Notes: a model not told the origin generated them from the sequence alone. Shown: positions 21,146-30,590, numbered from the stretch's first letter. The stretch: 64,000 nt of DNA from an uncultured bacterium (GCA_964562805.1 CAZLUT010000002.1:1172-65171), one strand, 5' to 3'. Translations and numbers: made by a program.

Positions 21146-21214
21146 TTGGATGGTGTTGAATATTATTGACTATTTTTGATTATTGTTGACATTATTTTAT
21201 TAAACACTTAAAAT
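21146..21214 (+). promoter_or_regulatory. Sigma70-type promoter with a 10-bp-phased TTGA direct-repeat array ending at the -35 box
   Basis: TTGGA (21146), TTGAA (21156), TTGAC (21166), TTGAT (21176), then TTGACA (21186-21191)-N17-TAAAAT (21209-21214). Confidence 0.75.
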
Positions 21215-21350
21215 TTCCTGAATTTTAAGTGTTCAGCTGAGACTTTGGTTGTAGAAGAGATTTAAAATTACGATAAAGAATTTTGTTTTATACTATAATC
21301 AAAAGAGTTTTATTTGAGACAAGACTAATATAAAGTTGGGAGAATTTAAG

Positions 21351-22376
21351 ATGGCTGAGTCGAAGATTAATCAGGAAGAAACATCAGGCGGGCGAGTACT
21401 CAACTCGTCAATTCAAGCAGATCCTGATGTCCCTTTCCGGAAAAAATTTGGCCCCAAGTGGGATGAGTATCGACGTAATTGGGCAGCAGCCTCTCGAATG
21501 GAATACCGTCCTGATTTTCCTCTCTTTGTTCGCTTCGAGACTAAATTTCGCTGCAATCTTCACTGTAAAATGTGTGCGCATGGCCACCCGGATCTTGAGA
21601 AGGGGTATTCGTATGACGGTGAGCTTGATTTTGATACTTATTGCCGCTTGATTGATGAGTGTGCTGAGCATGGTTGTCCTTCAATTGGAATGAATCATGC
21701 CAACGAACCGCTTCTAGACAAAGATTTAATCGAGAGAATTAATTATGCGACTAAGCGTGGAATTATGGATATCCATATGAATACCAATGCAATGTTATTA
21801 ACTGCTGAAATGTCAAAAAAGCTTCTTGATACGGGGTTAACCAGACTTTGTTTTAGTGTGGATGCGCTAACTCCCGAGACTTTTAAAAAGATCCGGGTAG
21901 ATGCTGATTATGATCTCGTTATGTCGAATATTGACACTTTTTTAAATTTACGGGCCGAGCGAAGGCAGGATCTTCCGGTGACTCGGGTTAGCCTTGTTTT
22001 ACAGGAAGATAACAAGCACGAAGTAGATGCTTTTCGCGAGCATTGGGTCAAAAAAGTTGAGTATGTAGCGATTCAAAGGTATGTTCCCATAAGCCCATTT
22101 GATCAAGAAGAGGACGATATGCGCGCTCATGCAACGTCTTTTTCACCTAAAGAAGGCGCTCAAAAGTGTTCCTATGCCTGGGAATCTGTGTTTATCCATG
22201 GCGATGGAACTGTTTTGCCGTGTGCGGCACACAGAGCTCGAAAGATTGCCGTGGGCAATATACACAAAAACACAATTCATGAAATTTGGAATTCGCCCTC
22301 GATGGAAGAGTTGCGGATGAAGCATAAAACGGGGAATTTAGAAGGCTTAAAGCTTTGCCCGACATGCATTCAATAA
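21351..22376 (+). CDS. Radical SAM protein with SPASM/twitch domain
   Basis: CNLHCKMC; NEPLL; TNAMLL; C-terminal CSYAW...GDGTVLPC...GNI...IWNS...CPTC. Confidence 0.92.
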   Translation: MAESKINQEETSGGRVLNSSIQADPDVPFRKKFGPKWDEYRRNWAAASRMEYRPDFPLFVRFETKFRCNLHCKMCAHGHPDLEKGYSYDGELDFDTYCRLIDECAEHGCPSIGMNHANEPLLDKDLIERINYATKRGIMDIHMNTNAMLLTAEMSKKLLDTGLTRLCFSVDALTPETFKKIRVDADYDLVMSNIDTFLNLRAERRQDLPVTRVSLVLQEDNKHEVDAFREHWVKKVEYVAIQRYVPISPFDQEEDDMRAHATSFSPKEGAQKCSYAWESVFIHGDGTVLPCAAHRARKIAVGNIHKNTIHEIWNSPSMEELRMKHKTGNLEGLKLCPTCIQ

Positions 22377-22399
22377 ATTAACAATAGGATTTAAGTACG

Positions 22400-23716
22400 A
22401 TGTCAAAAAAGAAAAAACTTGTTTATGTTCCGATGGCGGTTGATTTTATTCATCCAGGACATTTGAATATTATTAAGGAGGCAGCCGAACTCGGCGAAGT
22501 AGTAGTAGGTCTTTTTACAGACAAAGCGATTGCTTCTTATAAGAGACTGCCTTTTATGAGTTATGACCAGCGAAAAGAAGTTATTGAAAATGTGAAAGGT
22601 GTTGATCGAGTTGTGACGCAAGAAACACCTGATTATGAAGTGAATCTCAGGAAATATAAACCAGACTACATGGTGCATGGTACGGATTGGAAAAAAGGCC
22701 CTCTCAAAGAAGTTCGAGCTAAAGCGATTGATATTTTGGCTGAATGGGGTGGCGAGATGGTTGAGCCTGAGTACACGAAGGGTATCTCTTCCACAGAAGT
22801 GCATGTGCATCTTCGAACGATTGGTACTACACCGCAATTGCGTTTAGCCAAACTTCGCCGTCTTTTGGAAGTAAAAAACATGGTCCGCGTTATGGAGGCT
22901 CATAATGGTTTGAGTGCTTTAATTGCGGAAAAAGCAGAGATTAAAGATCCCGGCAAGCCAATTGCCGCATTTGATGCAATTTGGTTAAGCAGCTTAACAG
23001 AGTCAACCGCCAAAGGTAGGCCGGATATTGAATTGGTCGACCTTTCTTCCCGATCGAAAACTATTAACGATATTTTTGAAGTCACCGTAAAACCGATGAT
23101 CTTTGACGGTGATACGGGAGGTATTCCGGAGCATTTTATTTATACGGTTCGCACGCTTGAACGTCTAGGGGTTTCGGCTGTGGTGATTGAAGATAAGACA
23201 GGCCTGAAAATGAATTCGCTTTTTGGTACTGATGTGAAACAGACTCAGGATTCTATTGAAGCTTTTTGTAATAAGATTTCGCTCGGAAAGAAAGCCCAAA
23301 TCACACCGGATTTTATGATTATTGCTCGAATCGAAAGCTTGATTCTTCAAAAAGGTATGGAAGACGCCCTCAAGCGAGCAGTAGCTTATATTGAGGCGGG
23401 CGCGGATGGTATTATGATTCATAGCCGATCAAAAACACCTGATGAAGTTTTGGCTTTTTGCGCTGAATACAAAAAATTCAAAAAGAAGGTACCGTTAGTA
23501 GTTATTCCGACAACATATGCCCAAGTTTCTGAAAAAGAATTAATTGACGCTGGAGTTAATGTGGTGATTTATGCCAACCATCTTCTTCGCGCAGCATACC
23601 CGGCAATGGTTAAAACGGCAGAATCTATTTTGCATCATGGCCGTTCAATGGAGGCGTCGAACGATTTTTGTATGCCAGTATCTGAGATGCTGGAGATTCT
23701 AGCTAATAAATACTAA
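22400..23716 (+). CDS. aepX: Phosphoenolpyruvate mutase fused to an N-terminal cytidylyltransferase-like domain
   Basis: N-terminal DFIHPGH (HxGH) and YTKGISST; PepM signature EDKTGLKMNS (EDKx5NS); DGDTGG; IYANHLLRA. Confidence 0.95.
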   Translation: MSKKKKLVYVPMAVDFIHPGHLNIIKEAAELGEVVVGLFTDKAIASYKRLPFMSYDQRKEVIENVKGVDRVVTQETPDYEVNLRKYKPDYMVHGTDWKKGPLKEVRAKAIDILAEWGGEMVEPEYTKGISSTEVHVHLRTIGTTPQLRLAKLRRLLEVKNMVRVMEAHNGLSALIAEKAEIKDPGKPIAAFDAIWLSSLTESTAKGRPDIELVDLSSRSKTINDIFEVTVKPMIFDGDTGGIPEHFIYTVRTLERLGVSAVVIEDKTGLKMNSLFGTDVKQTQDSIEAFCNKISLGKKAQITPDFMIIARIESLILQKGMEDALKRAVAYIEAGADGIMIHSRSKTPDEVLAFCAEYKKFKKKVPLVVIPTTYAQVSEKELIDAGVNVVIYANHLLRAAYPAMVKTAESILHHGRSMEASNDFCMPVSEMLEILANKY

Positions 23717-23741
23717 CGCACCACCTTGTTAGGAAGTTTTT

Positions 23742-24881
23742 GTGTTAAATTGTGCTGATTTTTTTAGGGTCTTAACTCAAAAAGGCGTTCAATTTTATTG
23801 CGGTGTTCCTGATTCTTTGCTCAAATCCTTTTGTGCTTATTTATCTGACGCACTCCCTGAAGATAAAAATATAATTGCCGTTAATGAAGGAGCTGCGGTT
23901 GCGTTGGCTTCCGGAGTTTATATGGCGACAGGACAACCAGCCGTTGTTTATATGCAGAATTCGGGAGAAGGGAATGCAGCGAATCCTCTTCTCTCGCTTG
24001 CCGATTCCAAAGTATACAGTATCCCTATGTTGCTATTAGTGGGATGGCGTGGAGAGCCTGGAGTGAAGGATGAGCCACAGCATATTAAGCAGGGAGAGGT
24101 TACTTTAGCGCTTTTAGATGCGATGGGTATTCGGTATGAGATACTTCCATCTGATGTAAAATTGGCCGAAGCGGCTATCCAGAGAGCTTTTGAATATATG
24201 AATTTGAAGAAAGCTCCTTATGCCCTAATTATTCGTAAGGACACTTTTGAGCCTTACGCTTCTACTGCGACACGCGCCGAAAATAACTACTCACTTAGCC
24301 GTGAAGATGCGATACAAGAAATTATTCAATTTACAAAAAACATGCAAAATCAGCCCGCTTTTGTATCCACTACCGGAATGACTTCTCGAGAACTTTTTGA
24401 AAACCGAGCCAAGAATAGAGAATCGTTAAGCTCTGATTTTCTTACGGTAGGCTCAATGGGTCACGCATCTTCGATTGCCTTAGGACTTGCATTAAATTTA
24501 CCCAATCGGGATGTTTTTTGTGTTGATGGAGATGGTGCTATGCTGATGCATATGGGGAGCTTAGCGACCATTGGCAGCTCCGGTGTTAAGAATTTTAAAC
24601 ATATCCTGATTAATAACGGAGCACATGACTCCGTAGGCGGTCAGCCTACTTGCGGGTTTAAAGTCAATTTCCGAGAGATTGCCAAGGCTTGTGGTTACAC
24701 CAATACTTGGTTAGCAACGAATAAGGATGAATTAAAAGAATGTTTGAAGCAAATGGTTACAAAAGAAGATTTAGAGCTTTTGGAAATTCGAGTAAAAAAA
24801 GGAGCTAGGAAAGATTTGGGTCGCCCCACTTCCTCGCCAGGAGAGAATAAAATTCAATTTATGGAATATTTAAAAGGTTAA
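23742..24881 (+). CDS. aepY: Phosphonopyruvate decarboxylase
   Basis: GVPDSLLK, YMQNSGEGN, GWRGEPGVKDEPQH, FLTVGSMGHAS, DGDGA..MHMG, NNGAHDSVGGQPT. Confidence 0.95.
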   Translation: MLNCADFFRVLTQKGVQFYCGVPDSLLKSFCAYLSDALPEDKNIIAVNEGAAVALASGVYMATGQPAVVYMQNSGEGNAANPLLSLADSKVYSIPMLLLVGWRGEPGVKDEPQHIKQGEVTLALLDAMGIRYEILPSDVKLAEAAIQRAFEYMNLKKAPYALIIRKDTFEPYASTATRAENNYSLSREDAIQEIIQFTKNMQNQPAFVSTTGMTSRELFENRAKNRESLSSDFLTVGSMGHASSIALGLALNLPNRDVFCVDGDGAMLMHMGSLATIGSSGVKNFKHILINNGAHDSVGGQPTCGFKVNFREIAKACGYTNTWLATNKDELKECLKQMVTKEDLELLEIRVKKGARKDLGRPTSSPGENKIQFMEYLKG

Positions 24882-24886
24882 GATCG

Positions 24887-25603
24887 ATGATAAATGTAAT
24901 TGCTATAGATGGTCCTTCATATGTTGGTAAAAGCACAGTAGCTCGTTCGTTGGCTGCCTTATTGGGTTATGACTTTATTAATACTGGCCATATGTTTCGC
25001 GTGGTCGCACGAGAATGTCTTTTAAGAAATCTTTCTGTAAAGAAGGAAGGTGAGGTTGCAGATCTGGCGCATTGTCTTGATATTCAGTTTGAAAGTAATG
25101 AAAAAGGCAACTCGAGAACTCTGGTTAACGGTGAAGATTTAACCGAAGCTTTAGAGGGGCATGAGATTATGCTTTTAGCTGCCAAAGTGGCTCAGATTGG
25201 AAAGTTGCGGGATATTTTAACTGAGAAGCAGCGCTTGTATGCCGACAAAAAGATGATTGTCATGGAGGGCCGAGACATTGGCTCAATTGTTTTTCCTGAT
25301 GCAAAGTGGAAATTTTTTATTACAGCTTCGATGGAAATTCGTGCTAAGCGAATGTATAAAATTATGAATGAAGCTGAGAAGAAGAATTGCTCTGATTACC
25401 ATACGTTGATTCCAAAGCTAGAAGAGATTGATGAGGCCGACCGCAATCGCAAGATTTCGCCGCTTAGAATCGCCGATGATGCAATTATTTATGATAATTC
25501 TGACAGTCCTAGTGAACATGAAGATTCGTTGATTTTAAAATACTACATTACACACACGGACGAGATTGTTAAAAATACAGAAATTCTGAAGTTTAAAAAA
25601 TAA
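24887..25603 (+). CDS. Cytidylate kinase-like protein (divergent Cmk paralogue)
   Basis: IAIDGPSYVGKST, NTGHMFR, MEGRDIGSIVFPDA, TAS.EIRAKR, DRNRKISPL. Confidence 0.85.
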   Translation: MINVIAIDGPSYVGKSTVARSLAALLGYDFINTGHMFRVVARECLLRNLSVKKEGEVADLAHCLDIQFESNEKGNSRTLVNGEDLTEALEGHEIMLLAAKVAQIGKLRDILTEKQRLYADKKMIVMEGRDIGSIVFPDAKWKFFITASMEIRAKRMYKIMNEAEKKNCSDYHTLIPKLEEIDEADRNRKISPLRIADDAIIYDNSDSPSEHEDSLILKYYITHTDEIVKNTEILKFKK

Positions 25604-25613
25604 GGAAAGATTC

Positions 25614-26480
25614 ATGGAAACTATTAAAGAGCTTAAAGTGATCTGTCAAACAACAGCGCAAAAAGACATTTCAAATGTTTATATGCGCTATATTTGCCGT
25701 CCGATTTCAATTCGTATCACACGCTTTCTTATTCCAACAGCAGTCACTCCGGACCAAGTTAGCTTTGCGATGATTGTTACGGGTGTTATTGCGAGCCTTA
25801 TATTTTTAATAGCGCATCCTATAAGTTTTTTCCTGGCAGCGCTCCTTCTTCAGTTTTGGTATATTTTAGATTGTGTCGATGGAGAATTGGCTCGTTATCG
25901 CTCCTATTCCAAAAATAAAGAAGTGATCCAGGATAAGGCTACTTTGCCGATAACGGGTGCTTATTGGGATTATCTCAATCATTACATTGTTCACGGGCTT
26001 GTACCGCTTACGATTTCTTACGGATTGTTTCTTAAGACACAAAATTCGTTTTGGATTTTACTCGGATTTGTCACCTCGACTTTCCAAGTGATGTTGCTTG
26101 CTATTCACGATACGCAATGCCGCGCCTATCTAACTAAAATCCGGAAAACACTTCCGACTCATGTATTGAATGTTAAATCGGCGTCGGAAGTGGATGAGGC
26201 TGCGCCAGAAAAAAAGAAAATGAAAGGAATAATGTTTTTGAAGCTGCCATTTGTGACCGTCCATTATCTTTCGACTTATCCTTCGGTGATGAATGTGATA
26301 ACTGTGCTTGCTCTTACGTCGTGCTTAACAGGATTTGGGAGTGATTTTAGAGGTTTCTTTCTTTGGTTTTATGCGTTGGGATCAGGTGTTGTTTTTTTAG
26401 GTTTAGCTTATAAGCTGCTCCATGACCGTGGTCTCGATAAGGAATTTGATAAAGAATTTTATTTAGAAAAACGCACCTAA
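25614..26480 (+). CDS. CDP-alcohol phosphotransferase family membrane protein
   Basis: TPDQVS; LDCVDGELAR...GAYWDYLNH variant signature; several TMs. Confidence 0.85.
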   Translation: METIKELKVICQTTAQKDISNVYMRYICRPISIRITRFLIPTAVTPDQVSFAMIVTGVIASLIFLIAHPISFFLAALLLQFWYILDCVDGELARYRSYSKNKEVIQDKATLPITGAYWDYLNHYIVHGLVPLTISYGLFLKTQNSFWILLGFVTSTFQVMLLAIHDTQCRAYLTKIRKTLPTHVLNVKSASEVDEAAPEKKKMKGIMFLKLPFVTVHYLSTYPSVMNVITVLALTSCLTGFGSDFRGFFLWFYALGSGVVFLGLAYKLLHDRGLDKEFDKEFYLEKRT

Positions 26481-26533
26481 GATGAATTTAAAATTTCCGC
26501 CACCATCAAAAAACCAATCTCCTTTTCTTTTGC

Positions 26534-27574
26534 GTGAAAAATAAAAAAATAAAATCAATTAACTGCCTTTTTTTGTTGGATGCTGGTCCAGGAATAGGGA
26601 TGGGACACTTGAGGAGATGTCTTGTTTTGGCCGAAAAGCTGAAGCAAAAAGGTGTTAAAAATATATGTTTTGCAACTAAAACGCCGAATGATATTTCAGT
26701 TTTGGTTGGAGCAAAATTCCCAATTATTCATTTGCCTTCTACTGACAGTCTAAAAAATAGAACCGATCTTTTGCAGTCAAAAATAAAAGATTACCGGACA
26801 AAACTTATTATTGTGGATAGTTACAAGATAGCGGTCAATTCACTTCGAGCGATAGAGAAGAGAATAGCACCTGTAATTGTGTTAGATGATTATTTGCACT
26901 TATCTCATTATCCGGTTTCCGGAATTATTAACTACAACCTTGGCGCTGAAAAGCGTACTTATAAATGTGAGTCAGAAACCAGATTGTTTCTTGGAGCGAA
27001 ATACGCCCTTATTTCCGGAGAATTTATCAAAGAAAAAAAGTCAGCTCGGGTTCAAGGGATAGGGCGTCGGTTATTTGTGTCTTTAGGCGCAAATCCAGCG
27101 GGAAGCTTGCTCAAAAAAACGCTTAAAGCGATTGGGAACATAGAAGAAAATCTGAAGATTTCTTTGGTTTTGAGTCCTTGTTATCCGAATAGAGATAAGT
27201 ATAAAAGCGGCAAGGTTTCTCTGGTTGCTCCGAACGCTATCGCCCGGGCAATGAAGCGGTGCGACTTTGCCTTAAGTGCTGCCGGGGTTACAAGTTATGA
27301 GCTTGTATTTATGAGGATTCCAACGCTATTGTTTGTATTAGCTCGGAACCAAAGCCGAGTTGCAGAAGAAATGCAGCGTTGTGGCGCGGCTAAAAATTTA
27401 GGTTGGTTAAAAACTATTTCAACTAGTAAACTAACAGTTGAAATCAGCAATTTTGTGAATAGTAAAATGAAAGTGGCTGGCAAAAAAGTTACTAAGTTTA
27501 ATAAGATTGACGGTAAGGGTTCAGATCGTCTCGCTAGTTTTATTATTTCTGAATATTTGAGGGGGAAAAAGTGA
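26534..27574 (+). CDS. PseG/SpsG-like UDP-sugar hydrolase (GT-B fold)
   Basis: DAGPGIGMGHLRRC, IVDSY, LDD, LGAKYA, AAGVTSYE, NQ, DGKGSDR. Confidence 0.8.
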   Translation: MKNKKIKSINCLFLLDAGPGIGMGHLRRCLVLAEKLKQKGVKNICFATKTPNDISVLVGAKFPIIHLPSTDSLKNRTDLLQSKIKDYRTKLIIVDSYKIAVNSLRAIEKRIAPVIVLDDYLHLSHYPVSGIINYNLGAEKRTYKCESETRLFLGAKYALISGEFIKEKKSARVQGIGRRLFVSLGANPAGSLLKKTLKAIGNIEENLKISLVLSPCYPNRDKYKSGKVSLVAPNAIARAMKRCDFALSAAGVTSYELVFMRIPTLLFVLARNQSRVAEEMQRCGAAKNLGWLKTISTSKLTVEISNFVNSKMKVAGKKVTKFNKIDGKGSDRLASFIISEYLRGKK

Positions 27575-28305
27575 AGATTGTTGCTACTATCGAAGCGAGG
27601 ATGGGTTCCAGCCGGCTTCCTGGAAAGATTCTTAAAAATATTTTGGATAAGCCGACTCTAGAGCTGCTCGTTGAGCGGGTTAGAAAATCAAAGCACATTG
27701 AGCAGGTGGTTGTAGCCACTACGGTTGATCCGAGTGACAACATCACCGAAGAAAATTGCCGCAAGATCGGTATTGATTGTTTCCGAGGAAGCTCCGAAGA
27801 TGTTTTGAATAGAGTGCTTCAAACAGCCAAAGCATATCAGGCTGATTTAATCGTAGAATTAACAGGCGACTGCCCGCTTTTAGATCCAGAAATTATTGAT
27901 AGTGTTATCGAAAAGTATCTTAGCGGTTCATTTGATTATGTAAGCAATGTTTTGGAAAGAACTTATCCGAGAGGCTTGGATACCCAGGTTTTTTCAACGG
28001 CTGTTTTAGAGAAAGTGTCTCAAATCACTCAGGATCCGGCTGACAGAGAAAACGTTTCGCTTTATATCTATGAAAACCCCGAGCAATTTAAGCTAGGGAA
28101 CGTTAAAGCTTCCTCGGAGCATAACAGGCCGGATTTAAGATTAACCGTTGATACGGTTGAGGATTTTAAATTAATTAGTTCGATCTATAATGAGTTGTAT
28201 CCAAAAAACAAAGACTTTAATTTGTCGGATGTGATTAAGCTTTTAAATCAAAAGCCTGAACTCAGCAAGCTTAACGCGGATGTTCAGCAGAAGAAAGCAA
28301 GATGA
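27571..28305 (+). CDS. SpsF-like cytidylyltransferase (CMP-nonulosonate synthetase-type)
   Basis: IEARMGSSRLPGKIL, FRGSSEDVLNR, LTGDCPLLDP, YPRGLD, RLTVDTVED. Confidence 0.85.
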   Translation: MKIVATIEARMGSSRLPGKILKNILDKPTLELLVERVRKSKHIEQVVVATTVDPSDNITEENCRKIGIDCFRGSSEDVLNRVLQTAKAYQADLIVELTGDCPLLDPEIIDSVIEKYLSGSFDYVSNVLERTYPRGLDTQVFSTAVLEKVSQITQDPADRENVSLYIYENPEQFKLGNVKASSEHNRPDLRLTVDTVEDFKLISSIYNELYPKNKDFNLSDVIKLLNQKPELSKLNADVQQKKAR

Positions 28306-29348
28306 GTGGAGTTGATAAAAAATCAAAAAAACTAAGAGCCGGCATCGTTGGATGCGGTCGAATTGCAAGTACGTTTGATTCGGATCCTAAGCGGAAGAAT
28401 ATTGCTACTCATGCCGGTGCTTATACAGCGTCACCTGGTGTTGACTTGGTAGCGGCATGTGATCTCGATGAGAAAAAAGTGGCAGCCTTTGGCGAGCGCT
28501 GGAAGGTTAAAAATTTATATACCAACTTTAATAAAATGCTTAAAAGTGAGAAGTTGGATATTCTAAGTCTCTGCACTTGGGCTGGATCTCACTTTCAATT
28601 GGCAAAAACTGCGATTAATAGCGGCGTAAAAGCGGTGTTTTGTGAGAAGCCTATAACAGTTTCTTTGAGTGAGGCGGATCAGCTGATTAAATTAGCCAAA
28701 CGCAAAAAAGTTGTATTTGCGGTTAATCACTCGAGGAGATGGGATTCAGGTCTTCAAAAAATAAAGTCTGCGATTAATCAGGGTAAGTTGGGTGAAATTC
28801 GCCAGGTGAGCTGTTATTACACTGCTGGCATTTCAAACACTGGAACTCACTTATTTGACTTATTAAATTTTTTCTTTGGTGATGCGAAACAGGTAATTGG
28901 CGCTGTTAGCAATTTAGTTGATAAAAAGGGTGCTGATCCAACTGTTTCAGGATTAATAGAGTATAAGAGCGGAACGTTGGTTTCTGTTCAGGGATTGAAT
29001 GTGAATGATTATTTAATTTTTGAGATAGATATTTATGGCTCGAAAGGAAGGATTCGCATTTGTAATAGCGGTTTTAAATCTCAGGTCTGGAAAGTTTTGC
29101 CAAGTGATTATTTTTCAGGCTACAAAGAGCTTAAAGAGGTAAAGTCATCTTTCGATTTATCCAAAAAAGAACAGATGAAAAACGCCGTCAAAGATATAAT
29201 GCAATGCATAAAAACAAAAAAGAAACCGTCCTCAAGCGCTAAGGATGGCATGAAAGCACTGGAGCTTATTTGCGCCATGAAGCTCTCATGCAAAAAAGGG
29301 ACCAAAGTAGATTTGCCGCTTAAAAATAGAAATATTACAACGGAGTAA
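28302..29348 (+). CDS. Gfo/Idh/MocA family NAD(P)-dependent oxidoreductase
   Basis: GIVGCGRIA, FCEKP, VNHSRRW, GTHLFD. Confidence 0.9.
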   Translation: MSGVDKKSKKLRAGIVGCGRIASTFDSDPKRKNIATHAGAYTASPGVDLVAACDLDEKKVAAFGERWKVKNLYTNFNKMLKSEKLDILSLCTWAGSHFQLAKTAINSGVKAVFCEKPITVSLSEADQLIKLAKRKKVVFAVNHSRRWDSGLQKIKSAINQGKLGEIRQVSCYYTAGISNTGTHLFDLLNFFFGDAKQVIGAVSNLVDKKGADPTVSGLIEYKSGTLVSVQGLNVNDYLIFEIDIYGSKGRIRICNSGFKSQVWKVLPSDYFSGYKELKEVKSSFDLSKKEQMKNAVKDIMQCIKTKKKPSSSAKDGMKALELICAMKLSCKKGTKVDLPLKNRNITTE

Positions 29349-29351
29349 AAG

Positions 29352-30590
29352 ATGACTGATCCAATCAGAACAAAGCCATTCCCCCAACACCCCACTTTTG
29401 ATGAAGAGGCAAAGCGTGGAGTTCTTGATGTGTTGTCATCGGGCGTGCTTTCCGGATTTGTAGCTAATTCGGGGCCTAATTTTTTAGGTGGTCCGAAAGT
29501 CAAGGAATTAGAAGCAGCTTTCTGCGATTATTTTGGCGTAAAATATGCGATGACCGTTAATTCTGCAACGGCGGGGCTGCACGCTGCGGTTGCTGCGTGT
29601 GGCATTGGGCCGGGGGATGAGGTGATCGTGCCTCCTTATACGATGTCAGCTTCCGCGAGTGCGGTATTGATGCAGAGTGCTGTGCCGCTGTTTGCAGACA
29701 TTCAAGATGATATCTATTGCGTTGATCCAAAATCTATTGAAGAGAGAATTACATCTCGAACCAAAGCTATTATTGTGGTTCATTTATTTGGGCATCCGGC
29801 AGACATGGACTCTATTTCAAAAATCGCCAAAAAACACGGCTTAAAAATTATTGAGGACTGTGCTCAGGCTCCCGGGGTCAAATATAAAAATAAATTTGTC
29901 GGAACCATCGGTGATATTGGAGTTTTTAGCTTCAATCAGCATAAAACTATTACAACGGGTGAAGGCGGCGTTGTTATTACCAACAGTGAAGAAGCTGCTT
30001 TAAAAGTGCGCCTAGTTCGTAATCATGGCGAAGCCGTTTTGGAAAACATGGAAATAAATGATTATTCAAACACTCTCGGCTGGAATTATCGAATGACCGA
30101 GCTGGAGGCGGCCGTTGGCATTACTCAATTTAAGAAGCTCGACACCCTAACGAAACACAAACAAGAGTTGGCGAATGTTCTAAATGAAAAGCTTAAGAAA
30201 TTTGAAGAGTTAAGTTTGCCGGTAGCACTGGATGGATGTAGTCATGGCTATTTTGTATATCCAATGAAGTGGCGCGCATCTAAAACAGGTCTGTCGCGCG
30301 ATCAAATAGTCGAAGCTTTAAATAAGGAGGGAATCCCTTTTGGCAAAGGCTATGTTCGGCCTCTTTATCTTTTGCCGCTTTTTCAAAAGCAGATATGTTT
30401 TGGCAGTAACGGCTGGCCTTTTACATCAATACCTGAGAAGGAGAGGCAGAAATATAAAAAAGGACTTTGTCCTGTTGCTGAGAGGATGTACGAAAAGGAG
30501 CTTATGCTGACAGGTGTTTGTTATTGGCCGGTTACGAAAGAAGATATCATGGATGTTGTAAAGGCATTCGAGAAGATATTAAAAAAATGA
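29352..30590 (+). CDS. DegT/DnrJ/EryC1/StrS aminotransferase (second copy)
   Basis: NSATAGLH, EDCAQAPG, FSFNQHKTITTGEGG, GWNYRMTELEAA, CPVAERM. Confidence 0.92.
   Translation: MTDPIRTKPFPQHPTFDEEAKRGVLDVLSSGVLSGFVANSGPNFLGGPKVKELEAAFCDYFGVKYAMTVNSATAGLHAAVAACGIGPGDEVIVPPYTMSASASAVLMQSAVPLFADIQDDIYCVDPKSIEERITSRTKAIIVVHLFGHPADMDSISKIAKKHGLKIIEDCAQAPGVKYKNKFVGTIGDIGVFSFNQHKTITTGEGGVVITNSEEAALKVRLVRNHGEAVLENMEINDYSNTLGWNYRMTELEAAVGITQFKKLDTLTKHKQELANVLNEKLKKFEELSLPVALDGCSHGYFVYPMKWRASKTGLSRDQIVEALNKEGIPFGKGYVRPLYLLPLFQKQICFGSNGWPFTSIPEKERQKYKKGLCPVAERMYEKELMLTGVCYWPVTKEDIMDVVKAFEKILKK

Noticed and set aside
21351-25603. Radical SAM + cytidylate kinase as a prokaryotic viperin antiviral system
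   Set aside because: The radical SAM protein has a SPASM/twitch Cys domain, which viperins lack, and the two genes are separated by and co-operonic with phosphonate biosynthesis genes.
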